Source: Candidatus Moraniibacteriota bacterium (GTDB lineage: Bacteria; Patescibacteriota; Minisyncoccia; Moranbacterales; UBA1568). From it: a DNA stretch of 64,000 bases. The notes under the pieces are model-generated. The model worked only from the letters and a program-made list of their open reading frames with translations, did not search any database and had not been told where the DNA came from. Shown one piece after another: positions 49,971 through 58,806 of this stretch. A program made the position numbers and the translations under genes. The first letter of the stretch is position 1. Each line of letters opens with the position of its first letter. Where the stretch lies: positions 923,957 through 987,956 of the forward strand of contig CP064975.1 in assembly GCA_016699425.1 (NCBI GenBank), written 5' to 3'.

Positions 49971-50014
49971 CCCATTTCATTTGCTCTTTTAAAAACCCGC
50001 AGCAGTATAAACAA

Positions 50015-50791
50015 TTATTTCAGCCTCTTCCAGTCGAATTTCCAGGGGTCAGACTTCCGGCCAGGGGCGATATCGGCGTGGCCAACGACAGACTTTATCT
50101 TGTAGCGGCTCTTGATATCCCCGACGAGCGCGTTCACGGCTGCGTACTGCTTGTCCGTGTAGCCGCTTTCCTCGGTCGCGATGATCTCGATGCCGATAGA
50201 GAAATCATTTACGTTCTTGCGGCCGTCGGGCATTTTCGATGCCCCCGCGTGGTAGGCAATGTTTACTTCCTCGATGAGGCGGTAGACTGTGCCCGTCCGG
50301 TCGATCAGATAATGAGCGCCAACGCCGTCGCCTTCATACTCGGTGATGACTTTGTCCACCAGATACGGGTCCCCGCCGAGCGCATTGTACGACGAATGCA
50401 AGACGATGGTGTCGATACTGCGCGGGGCCGGCGGGACACGATAGCCAAAACGCAAGAGCCGAGGCTGAACCGATAGACCGCTTGTCGCATTTGGCTCCGG
50501 TGTGGCTGCCTCCGCTGGCTTCACGGCTGCCGCTTCTCCGGTCGGCTTCTGCGACTCAGGGGGTCTTTCTGGCTCTGAGGCAGGTGCGGGAGCGCTCGCC
50601 TGGGGCGCTACCGATTCCGTCAACGGAGTATCGGTCGGCTGCGGTTCTAGAGTGAGCGGGGCGTTTTCGAATGCGGTCTCATCGAGTGGGGTACTGTCTG
50701 AAAAACTGTACCACAACCCACCTGCGGAAGTCGCCAGGAAACCGACAATAACGAGGAAAAGGCGAAGCATAGGGTATGGCTCTCTCTGCAC
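50015..50791 (-). CDS. N-acetylmuramoyl-L-alanine amidase (Amidase_2/PGRP fold), secreted
   Basis: N-terminal TM or signal, a Pro/Ala/Glu-rich linker, then IVLHSS...AHYLIDRTG...NIAYHAG...FSIGIEI...VVGHADI, the zinc-amidase motifs. Confidence 0.8.
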   Translation of the reverse strand: MQREPYPMLRLFLVIVGFLATSAGGLWYSFSDSTPLDETAFENAPLTLEPQPTDTPLTESVAPQASAPAPASEPERPPESQKPTGEAAAVKPAEAATPEPNATSGLSVQPRLLRFGYRVPPAPRSIDTIVLHSSYNALGGDPYLVDKVITEYEGDGVGAHYLIDRTGTVYRLIEEVNIAYHAGASKMPDGRKNVNDFSIGIEIIATEESGYTDKQYAAVNALVGDIKSRYKIKSVVGHADIAPGRKSDPWKFDWKRLK

Positions 50792-50885
50792 CGATTATAC
50801 CCCAATGGAAAAACTCGAGGAAACCCGCCTCATGTACCCCGACGGATGACGGCAAACACCCGGGAACATAACAAGGCTTATCACT

Positions 50886-51221
50886 CTAGTGCCGGCGCGA
50901 AGCAAGCCAGACGATACCCGTCACGAGCAATGTGAGCGAGCCAAGGACAATTTGTCCGATACCGGGGAACTGCACGATATGGTCGATGACCCGGACCCCT
51001 CCTGTCAAGAGGAAAATGATACCAATGACGAGGAACAAACATAGGAGGAGACGCGACACGACCAGACTGATGACTGCGAGTGCCCGGTCCTCAGCGATGC
51101 CTGAAACTCGGTCGATGAAACGCTCGACGGCACCAAACAGGTGCTCGATGAAGCGCGGAACAAAACTCGTGTGTTCCGCATCATCTTCCGTGACTCTCAT
51201 TCTTTTTTTCTTTTCGGACAT
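50886..51221 (-). CDS. Hypothetical membrane protein
   Basis: 111 aa. Acidic N-terminus followed by two TM helices. Confidence 0.45.
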   Translation of the reverse strand: MSEKKKRMRVTEDDAEHTSFVPRFIEHLFGAVERFIDRVSGIAEDRALAVISLVVSRLLLCLFLVIGIIFLLTGGVRVIDHIVQFPGIGQIVLGSLTLLVTGIVWLASRRH

Positions 51222-51236
51222 ATTTCTTAGTCACTC

Positions 51237-52616
51237 TCAGCGTCGGTTGAGTTGGGTGTATCGGCTATCGAGTATCGAAAGGGCTTCGCTGACCGTCCGT
51301 TCACCGCGCACCACCGCGCTGATCGTCTCGACGAGCAGTCCCTCCGCCTGTTCAATATTCCCCGGCTTCCAACTCTTCGCGATGAGGTTGCCGGCGACGA
51401 ACGGACTGAGGACGACATCGTCCTTTTGAGCATCGATGAGATCTCGGCGCGCCGCTGGTTTCTTCGTCAGTTCGATATATTTTTTGGCTGGGTCGATGGG
51501 GAGAGGAAAGTCCGCCGTCTTCCCCGAAAAGGCATTGGCAAGCTGCAGCACCCCAGTCGGATGGGGCAAGGTCAAGTATGACAGGAACTGCCATGCCTCA
51601 TGCACCCGAGCCTGTTGGTAATTCTCGGTCGAGAGTGTCGCCTGTGGCCGCGAGAGATCAGCGACCTGAGTCTTGTTCTTGGTGACAGCGAAACCCCAAT
51701 AGTTGGCGAAGTTCACTGGGGCACGATCCCTGAATTGGGGCAGTGGCGCGATGGCAAAGTTCAGCTTCGCGTTCTTCTGTTTTATCGTCGAGTAGTGATA
51801 TGAGTAGTTGATCATCATCCCGAGCGTCCCCTCATAAAACGCATCAATCGAGTAGTGCTGCCGTTGGTTCCAGGTATAGGTCGGCAGACCGAGTCGGGCA
51901 AACTGCGTATAAAACTCGAGCGCCTGCCGATTCAGCTGGTCGCCGAAGTGCGGATCCGTTATCGGTGCCCCGTACTGCTGCATCAGATTGAGCAGGATAT
52001 CGGAAGAACGATTCACATTTTCGCCCGCCCCGAGCGCGATCGCGGCCTGATTGATATTGCCGAACTCATCCTGCTTGACGAGGAGTGGGACCATCGCGAC
52101 GAGCTCCTCCCAGGTCTTGGGTGGCGCCGTGATGCCCGCCGCATTGAAGATATCCTTGTTGTAATAGAGCGCGAGTGAATCGACCGACAGAGGGACCGCC
52201 ATCACCTGCTTGTCCGCGTTGAGGAAATCGTCGGCCACGACATCGACGAACGAGTCACGGACGGTCTTTTCGGTCAGGAAATTGGCCGGGGCCGGGATCG
52301 CCTTGTCAGCAAAACTAGAAAGCCAGGTATTGCGAAGCATGAAGATATCTGGCCCATTGCCCGAAGCCATCGCGTCGAGCAAGTCTTCCTTGTACGTCTC
52401 GGGAGCGATCTTGCGATACTTGATCTGCTTTACATAGGGGTTGAGCTTCGTGTATTCGTTGGCAATCTGATTGAACGCATCAGAATCATCAAATGTCCCC
52501 CAGATTTCAAGAGAAACCTCGTACGGTACAGAATCCGGCCCGCCACAACCAGAGAGCGTGAGCAGAGAACCACCGAGGAGAACGAGGGAGGCGAAGAGTG
52601 ATATACGACGTTTCAT
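51237..52616 (-). CDS. ABC transporter substrate-binding lipoprotein (extracellular solute-binding protein family 1, sugar type)
   Basis: Lipoprotein signal with lipobox (LLTLSGCGG). 459 aa with the SBP_bac_1-like two-lobe composition. No cognate permease or ATPase genes are adjacent. Confidence 0.8.
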   Translation of the reverse strand: MKRRISLFASLVLLGGSLLTLSGCGGPDSVPYEVSLEIWGTFDDSDAFNQIANEYTKLNPYVKQIKYRKIAPETYKEDLLDAMASGNGPDIFMLRNTWLSSFADKAIPAPANFLTEKTVRDSFVDVVADDFLNADKQVMAVPLSVDSLALYYNKDIFNAAGITAPPKTWEELVAMVPLLVKQDEFGNINQAAIALGAGENVNRSSDILLNLMQQYGAPITDPHFGDQLNRQALEFYTQFARLGLPTYTWNQRQHYSIDAFYEGTLGMMINYSYHYSTIKQKNAKLNFAIAPLPQFRDRAPVNFANYWGFAVTKNKTQVADLSRPQATLSTENYQQARVHEAWQFLSYLTLPHPTGVLQLANAFSGKTADFPLPIDPAKKYIELTKKPAARRDLIDAQKDDVVLSPFVAGNLIAKSWKPGNIEQAEGLLVETISAVVRGERTVSEALSILDSRYTQLNRR

Positions 52617-52619
52617 AGG

Positions 52620-53228
52620 CTAGTGTTTCTTCTCAACCAGAAAAGCGTAGTGGAAGCCACCGACCGGCGGCTCTTCGACGACCTCCAGTCCGGCATCTGC
52701 AATGACGCGTTTCATTTCATCTGGCTTGATGCGCAGTCCTCTTTCGGGACCGACAATCGATTCATCCGGGTCCCATTCGACGATGAGTGCTCGACCGGTG
52801 GGCTTCAGGATACGGGCCACCTCGCGCATGATGACGCCTTTGTCTTTGTTCTGGAGCAACACATCCTTGGCGATAACCCAATCGACAGACGCTGCGCCGA
52901 GACCGGATCCGTTCGCGCGCTCCAAATTGCAGCGCTGCGCGACAACATTGCCGAGTCCGAGCGTCTTGGCCTGGCTCGTGATCGCCTCCAGGGCTGAAGG
53001 CAAGACATCGAGCGCGTAGACCGTACCATCAGACCCGACCGCCCGGGCGAATTCGAACGAGAAGTGCCCTGATCCCGCGCCAAAATCTGCAACGGTGTCC
53101 CCCATGCCGACCGGTAAAGCGCGAATCACTACGCGCGGCTCGACGAAGGTCAGTGTTTTCGGTACATCCATAGTTTTGTTTGCTTTCTCTTCCTCTTCAA
53201 TTGTACAACGAAAGAAGCGGGTTTCCAA
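52620..53228 (-). CDS. Class I SAM-dependent methyltransferase
   Basis: Contains VADFGAGSGHFS (motif I) and ALDV (motif II), a Methyltransf_11/25-like fold. Confidence 0.85.
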   Translation of the reverse strand: METRFFRCTIEEEEKANKTMDVPKTLTFVEPRVVIRALPVGMGDTVADFGAGSGHFSFEFARAVGSDGTVYALDVLPSALEAITSQAKTLGLGNVVAQRCNLERANGSGLGAASVDWVIAKDVLLQNKDKGVIMREVARILKPTGRALIVEWDPDESIVGPERGLRIKPDEMKRVIADAGLEVVEEPPVGGFHYAFLVEKKH

Positions 53229-53375
53229 CGCTCCTCATGGCCACGGTTGCCCTCGAGCCATTCTTTCGCTAGACTGTGCTCGTTACAAATGGAAAGGTGG
53301 CCTCCGCCCAAGACGGACCGGCCTTGGGTCGGGAATGGTTCTGAATAGATTGTACTTGAGAAAATTTACGCAGCT

Positions 53376-53425
53376 GGAAAGGTGGCCGAGTCCCGCCAGA
53401 GGCGGGCAAGGGTTTAAGGTCTTGT
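53376..53425 (+). other. tRNA-Ser 5'-end partial duplicate fused to a GC hairpin
   Basis: GGAAAGGTGGCCGAGT matches the first 16 nt of the downstream tRNA-Ser at 15 of 16 positions. It is followed by a CCCGCC-AGAG-GCGGG hairpin. There is no T-arm or acceptor 3' strand. Confidence 0.4.
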
Positions 53426-53491
53426 TTGTTACCAATTTGTCGAAAATTGAAGAAACAATTTTTGGTATATAATTGAAATCCGCCTTAGAGC

Positions 53492-53576
53492 GGAAGGGTG
53501 GCCGAGTGGTTGAAGGCACACGCTTGGAAAGCGTGCATACCGCAAGGTATCGCGGGTTCGAATCCCGCCTCTTCCG
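53492..53576 (+). tRNA. tRNA-Ser (anticodon GGA)
   Basis: Cloverleaf with acceptor GGAAGGG/CTCTTCC, D-arm, anticodon stem CACGC/GCGTG with loop TTGGAAA, a long variable arm, and T-arm GCGGG-TTCGAAT-CCCGC. The acceptor stem is extended by the flanking agagc/gctct. No CCA is encoded. Confidence 0.85.
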
Positions 53577-53583
53577 CTCTGTG

Positions 53584-53670
53584 GCGGAGAAAGCCAGTCA
53601 CGTCGTTCGCGAACGACGTGACAAGCGTATGAGCAATCGTACCGGGGATTCGAATCCCCCTTTTTCCGCA
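53584..53670 (+). other. Non-canonical tRNA-like element (acceptor-like stem, T-arm and a 13-bp perfect palindrome)
   Basis: GCGGAGAA pairs with TTTTCCGC. The T-arm GGGGATTCGAATCCCC matches the tRNA-Ser 3' region at about 21 of 26 positions. A GTCACGTCGTTCG/CGAACGACGTGAC palindrome sits in the middle. No standard D or anticodon arm. Confidence 0.35.
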
Positions 53671-53853
53671 GAGAGCGGAGCGAACAAGGAATGGAGCACG
53701 CCAACTGCTTGGCGTGCGTGGGGGATGAGAATGACGGAGCACTGCCGAACAAGCATGAAATTTTATCGCATCAAACATTCAGAATTGAGGATAACGCGGG
53801 TGTTTTGAACGAACTATCCCGGATGGAATCACTACTGCAGCCAGCGTGATTTA

Positions 53854-55740
53854 GTGGTAAAATACAATTACAAAAGAAAACAAATGCTTTCTGCGAATCA
53901 TCATCAGGGCTTGCTTGTCTTTGAAAGAGGTGGCCGAGTGTATCTTTTTTGGCGTTCTGCCGAGCGCTCGATGCCGGGCATCTTCTCGGTCGAGAGTCCG
54001 GATGGCAGAAAATTCAAGAAAACACTTTCTTTCGTCGCTCTGTACCGTCCAGACGGCACCAAGACCGTGCTGGGTTCCTCGCCCGAACTCCGCGCCGGCT
54101 CGCTCGGCACCAAGACGCTGCTCAGCTTCCTCGATGAACGGAAGAACACACTCTTCGCCGCGATTGAAAAGGATGGTGCATGGAAGATCATTGCTGCCAC
54201 CGATAGCTTCCGTGCCCCGAGTGTCGTACTTGCTCCGAAGTCAACCCTGACCGCAAAAAGTCCGGCGCTCGCCTTCTTCAGCCGAGATGGCCGGATCATC
54301 TCGCTCGCCCGATCAACTGGCGACCTAACCCGCTGGAAGGACCTCGGTGATGTCCTCACTGTTCGGCCGAACAACTTTGATGCAGCGAATCTCTCTCCCC
54401 TGCATGCCGAAATCACTGTGCAAGGCACCCTCCTCGTCTACTCGGCTCAGGACCGCTCCGGCCAGATCGTCATCGGCGCCGCACTTTTCGATCGCAAGCA
54501 TCCGACGACCACATTGTGGCGCAGTGATCATGCTTTGTGGACCGCACCGATCGATACGCCACCAGACGCTGCGATCATCGGCGGAGGGAACATCGGGAAA
54601 TACTTCTCGATCTATCTCCAGTCAGCGGAACACGGCATTGAATCATACCCGATCGCTCGCTACTGGGAAACGTACCGGCAGCGCGTTCGACCGGCACTCC
54701 CCCTGCCGCCACGCATACCGGGTATACGCATCCCGATCGAGCGTTTCGCCCAAAATCCGATCATCGAACCAGTCGTCAGACATTCCTGGGAGGCCTTCGC
54801 GACCTTCAATCCGGCTGCCATCTGCCTCGACGGACGCATCCATCTCCTCTATCGGGCACAAGGCTATGACGGACAGTCCGTTCTCGGGTATGCCTCGAGC
54901 GGAGACGGTGTCCACATTGATGAACGACACGCCAACCCCGCCTTCGTCCCGTCTCGTGCTGCCGAGTCAGCGGCTCGGACACACGCACTGTCCTTTGTCT
55001 CCGGCGGTGGGACGGGCGGATGCGAAGATCCGCGACTCGTCGAAATCGATGGGGTGGTCTATCTCATCTATGTCGCTTTCGATGGCGCCAATCCCCCCGG
55101 TGTCGCGCTCACACATATTGCCAAAGCCGATTTCCTTGCGAAGCGCTGGGAGTGGGCCCGACCGAAGCTCATCTCGCTGCCGGGAGAAATTCAGAAAAAC
55201 TGGGTTCTCTTCCCAGAGCAAATCAATGGAAAATACGCGATCATCCACGGTCTGAGCCCTGAAATCCGGATTGAATATGTTGACAGCCTGAAAAGACTTG
55301 GGGATGGCCACTATATCCGAAGTCTCAAGTCGCATGGTGGCCGCGGCTATATCGAGCCGGCTCGGCTGCGTGCCTGGGACAATATCGTCCGTGGGGTCGG
55401 CGCACCACCCATCAAGACCGCGTATGGCTGGCTCGTGTTCTACCATGGTATGGATCTGCGGGACCCGGGTAAATACAAAGTCGGCGTCATGCTCCTCGAC
55501 CTCGAACACCCCGAGAAAATTCTCCGACGTGCCCTAGAACCGGTACTCGAGCCGGAAACCTTCTACGAAAACAGCGGCCACAAGCCTGGTGTCATCTATG
55601 TCTGCGGTGCCGTCATTAAAGACAAGAAGCTCCTCGTTTATTACGGAGCAGCTGATCGCAGTACGGGGGTCGCGATGGCCGATCTCGACTCCTTCCTCGG
55701 TGATCTCTTGAAAAATACGCCCCCACCCTCACGAAGATGA
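53854..55740 (+). CDS. Glycoside hydrolase family 130 (DUF377) protein with extra N-terminal domain
   Basis: 628 aa. The C-terminal about 320 aa show GH130 hallmarks (FNPAAI..., GCEDPRLVEIDGVVYLIY, GWLVFYHGMD...KYKVGVMLLD, LVYYGAADR). The N-terminal about 300 aa are beta-rich and may be a degenerate GH130 or other beta-propeller domain. Confidence 0.75.
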   Translation: MVKYNYKRKQMLSANHHQGLLVFERGGRVYLFWRSAERSMPGIFSVESPDGRKFKKTLSFVALYRPDGTKTVLGSSPELRAGSLGTKTLLSFLDERKNTLFAAIEKDGAWKIIAATDSFRAPSVVLAPKSTLTAKSPALAFFSRDGRIISLARSTGDLTRWKDLGDVLTVRPNNFDAANLSPLHAEITVQGTLLVYSAQDRSGQIVIGAALFDRKHPTTTLWRSDHALWTAPIDTPPDAAIIGGGNIGKYFSIYLQSAEHGIESYPIARYWETYRQRVRPALPLPPRIPGIRIPIERFAQNPIIEPVVRHSWEAFATFNPAAICLDGRIHLLYRAQGYDGQSVLGYASSGDGVHIDERHANPAFVPSRAAESAARTHALSFVSGGGTGGCEDPRLVEIDGVVYLIYVAFDGANPPGVALTHIAKADFLAKRWEWARPKLISLPGEIQKNWVLFPEQINGKYAIIHGLSPEIRIEYVDSLKRLGDGHYIRSLKSHGGRGYIEPARLRAWDNIVRGVGAPPIKTAYGWLVFYHGMDLRDPGKYKVGVMLLDLEHPEKILRRALEPVLEPETFYENSGHKPGVIYVCGAVIKDKKLLVYYGAADRSTGVAMADLDSFLGDLLKNTPPPSRR

Positions 55741-55772
55741 ACGTAAAAAAACTATCCTCCTAATCTCTCCTT

Positions 55773-57695
55773 ATGCCATTCTTCAAACGCTCGTTCGAAA
55801 ACCCAATCCTCGTACCACAGAATGACCTCCCTTGGGAGTCTGATGGGGCCTTCAATGGATCGGCCATTCGGGAGAAAGGCAAGACCCGTCTTCTTTATCG
55901 AGCGCAGTCTCTCCCGCTCCTCCACGACGATGGGCCGTGGCTCTCCCTTTCATCCATTGGCCACGTCGAGAGTACTGATGGGATACATTTCAAGAATCAC
56001 CGCCAGGTCATCAAGCCAGAACTGCACTGGGAACGCTATGGCTGCGAAGATCCCCGAGTCACAAAATGCGATGGCAAATATTATGTGTTCTATACAGCAC
56101 TCTCGGAATTCCCCTTCCGCGCCGAGGGCATCTCGGTCGGTCTCGCCATCACCAAGAACTTCAAAACGTTCGAGAAACATCACATCACACCCTTCAATGC
56201 GAAAGCGATGACGCTTTTCCCGGAGCGAATCGGTGGCAAACTCTGGGCGATACTCTCAGCCAATACCGATCAGCCACCTGCGACCATCGCGCTCGCTTCC
56301 TTTGACGATGAGACCGACCTCTGGGATCAGGCGCGTTGGCAGGCCTGGTATCAGGAATTAGACCAGCACGGACTCGAACTCCAGCGGACCGATAATGATC
56401 ACGTCGAGATCGGTGCGGCGCCGATCAAAACCAAGGAAGGCTGGCTGCTCCTCTATTCCTATATCCAGCAGTACCATACCGCCTCCCCCATTTTCACGGT
56501 CGAAGCCGTGCTCCTCGATCTCGAGAATCCTCGGAAAATCATCGCCCGAACTGATGTGCCACTCCTCGTCCCAGAGGAAGAGTATGAACACTACGGCAAG
56601 GTGAAGGATATCGTCTTCCCGACTGGAGTTGTGCTACGCGGTGACTCACTGTTTCTCTACTACGGTGCGGCTGACACAACCACCTGCGTCGCCATCGGGA
56701 GCTTGAAGACAATACTGAAGGAGATGCGATCCGACCCCAAACGGCGACCGCAATTTGAGCGCTATGGGCACAATCCCGTGCTCGCACCCGTCGCGAAACA
56801 TGACTGGGAAGCCAAAGCAGTCTTCAACCCCGCTGCTATCGACGTCCCAGGGAAAACAGTCATCCTCTACCGTGCGATGTCCGCCGATGACACCTCTGTC
56901 CTCGGGTACGCGGAAAGCAAGAATGGTTTCCGTATCAACCGCCGCCTCCCCGATCCGGTCTATATCCCCCGCGCGCCGTTTGAAACAAAGAACGCGCCGG
57001 GTAATTCCGGTTGCGAAGATCCCCGCCTTACGCGTTTCAACGATACCTACTACATGCTCTACACCGCGGTTGATGCCGCTACCCCGCCGCGCGTCGCGCT
57101 TACGACTATCCCAGTCGATGATTTCCTCGCCGAACGTTTCGAACGTTTCTCCGATCCAGTCCTCATCTCGCCGCCGGGCATCGATGACAAAGACGCCTGC
57201 CTCTTTCCGGAGAAAATCGGTGGCAAGTATGTCGTCCTGCATCGCATCCAGCCCTCGATCGACATCAATTTTCTCGATGACCTTGCCTTCGACGGCACCT
57301 CGCGATTTCTGATGCATCGTCCGTTCATCTTCCCACGGCGCGGCATGTGGGATAGCCGAAAGATCGGCATCAACACCGCCCCGATACGAACTAAAGCTGG
57401 CTGGCTCATCCTCTACCACGGTGTCTCTGAGTACGATGGTCACTACCGTGTCGGGGCGATTCTCCTAGATCTCGAAAATCCCGAACGCATCATCGGCCGC
57501 AGCCGGCACCCGCTCTTCAGCCCCGAGGAAGACTATGAACGCGTGGGGGTTGTCCCCAATGTCGTCTTCCCTTGCGGTGCGGTCGTCCGCGGGACCAAGC
57601 TCATCACCTACTACGGCGGGGCTGACCGTGTCGTCGGTGTTGCATCCATCGCGCTGCCCAAACTCTTGAAGTCCCTCCTCGCTGATGGCGTGTAG
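55773..57695 (+). CDS. Tandem-GH130 (two DUF377 glycosidase/phosphorylase domains) protein
   Basis: 640 aa. Two homologous halves each carry FENPIL/GHNPVL, (Y)GCEDPR, GWL(L/I)LY...Y and (Y)YGAAD/YYGGAD, the mannoside-phosphorylase-type GH130 motifs. Confidence 0.82.
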   Translation: MPFFKRSFENPILVPQNDLPWESDGAFNGSAIREKGKTRLLYRAQSLPLLHDDGPWLSLSSIGHVESTDGIHFKNHRQVIKPELHWERYGCEDPRVTKCDGKYYVFYTALSEFPFRAEGISVGLAITKNFKTFEKHHITPFNAKAMTLFPERIGGKLWAILSANTDQPPATIALASFDDETDLWDQARWQAWYQELDQHGLELQRTDNDHVEIGAAPIKTKEGWLLLYSYIQQYHTASPIFTVEAVLLDLENPRKIIARTDVPLLVPEEEYEHYGKVKDIVFPTGVVLRGDSLFLYYGAADTTTCVAIGSLKTILKEMRSDPKRRPQFERYGHNPVLAPVAKHDWEAKAVFNPAAIDVPGKTVILYRAMSADDTSVLGYAESKNGFRINRRLPDPVYIPRAPFETKNAPGNSGCEDPRLTRFNDTYYMLYTAVDAATPPRVALTTIPVDDFLAERFERFSDPVLISPPGIDDKDACLFPEKIGGKYVVLHRIQPSIDINFLDDLAFDGTSRFLMHRPFIFPRRGMWDSRKIGINTAPIRTKAGWLILYHGVSEYDGHYRVGAILLDLENPERIIGRSRHPLFSPEEDYERVGVVPNVVFPCGAVVRGTKLITYYGGADRVVGVASIALPKLLKSLLADGV

Positions 57696-57867
57696 GCTAG
57701 CGTGCAAGACTATACATTGAGTCTTGAATAAACTTTGTTATTTATTGGTTCAACCGAGCGGACAGGTGAGGCTTTGAATCGAGAGGGTCTAGGTAAGGAT
57801 AATCAGAAATCCGAACCAGTGTCGATAAAAAACAGAAGACCCGGAGGAGCAGTCTTCTGCTCGCGGG

Positions 57868-58251
57868 TCACTTCTTCCGCAATGGTTGGGCATGCCGCCA
57901 CTGTACGACGCATGGCTCCGGTTCGTCCAAGTGGTGACGCACTGTCACACCTCGACCATCGGCCGACAGACAAAGCTGAGTCCCTCTGACTACCTGAAAA
58001 CCGTGGTCATCATCCGGTCCCTCGTGGCACGTGATTGCGCCCTCCAGATGGATGTAGCAGTCACCGCCACCCATCTCACCAACGTATGGTCCAGAGACAT
58101 CAGCGGACTCACCGGGCTGGATGGTAACGTCCTCGGCATAACCTTGTTCAACGTGGTAACCGAAAGCGATGATGGGATACGATGTCTTGTTAATGACCTT
58201 CATGCTTCTACCTCCCTCGATGTAGGTTGGATAATCTGTCCTCGAGCTCAA
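57868..58251 (-). CDS. Hypothetical small protein
   Basis: Track ORF of 127 aa. A likely start is the internal ATG (MKVINKTSYPII) at about 58203. No recognisable motif. Confidence 0.4.
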   Translation of the reverse strand: MSSRTDYPTYIEGGRSMKVINKTSYPIIAFGYHVEQGYAEDVTIQPGESADVSGPYVGEMGGGDCYIHLEGAITCHEGPDDDHGFQVVRGTQLCLSADGRGVTVRHHLDEPEPCVVQWRHAQPLRKK

Positions 58252-58510
58252 GGACTTATCAGACTACTTACTTTAGCAACTTTAGTCAATACATGATGTT
58301 TGAATCCCATCCGTGATAACAATAAATAAGGCTGTTACAGCCCTTCTTTGAGAGTATTCCCTCTAGTGAACAAACTTAGGACTTTGGATTGGAGAAGTAT
58401 TGGGAAGATGGTGGGAGAGATGGGGACAGTTTTAGCGTAAAAAAGGGAGTGGGTATTGCCGTGTTAGGCTCACCACTCCTTTGTTCGTCTCGGCCGCTGC
58501 CACGCTTGCT

Positions 58511-58648
58511 TTAGGCAAAAATGCAGTTAGCGACCCAGATGAGGGCGCCTAGAACGCCCGATATGAACGCCATCAGTCCGACGTTCTTTTCCTGCCACGC
58601 TTGGCGCAGAGAAATCTTTGGGGTACACAGATACGCGTTCGGTATCAT
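58511..58648 (-). CDS. Candidate small membrane peptide (45 aa)
   Basis: Found by manual translation. GAGAGGAG Shine-Dalgarno sits 6 nt upstream of the ATG. A single C-terminal TM helix (GLMAFISGVLGALIWVANCIFA). Too short for the ORF track. Confidence 0.3.
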   Translation of the reverse strand: MIPNAYLCTPKISLRQAWQEKNVGLMAFISGVLGALIWVANCIFA

Positions 58649-58806
58649 GCTCAACTCCTCTCGTAAAAAATGATTGCTTTACCCTAACCAATTCACCTCC
58701 TACTCATGTCCAAACTGGACTGAACATACTATCAGAGTTTTACATAAAGTCAACAGAGGGCAACAAAAAAGGTTCCACTTTAGAGCATTACCCATCTCGA
58801 AATAAT

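Noticed and set aside
53376-53425. Possible ochre-suppressor tRNA (anticodon UUA) suggested by a CAAGG-GTTTAAG-TCTTG arm
   Set aside because: No T-arm and no 3' acceptor strand follow. Only the first 16 nt resemble a tRNA, and they copy tRNA-Ser. Better explained as a partial duplicate plus hairpin than a functional suppressor.
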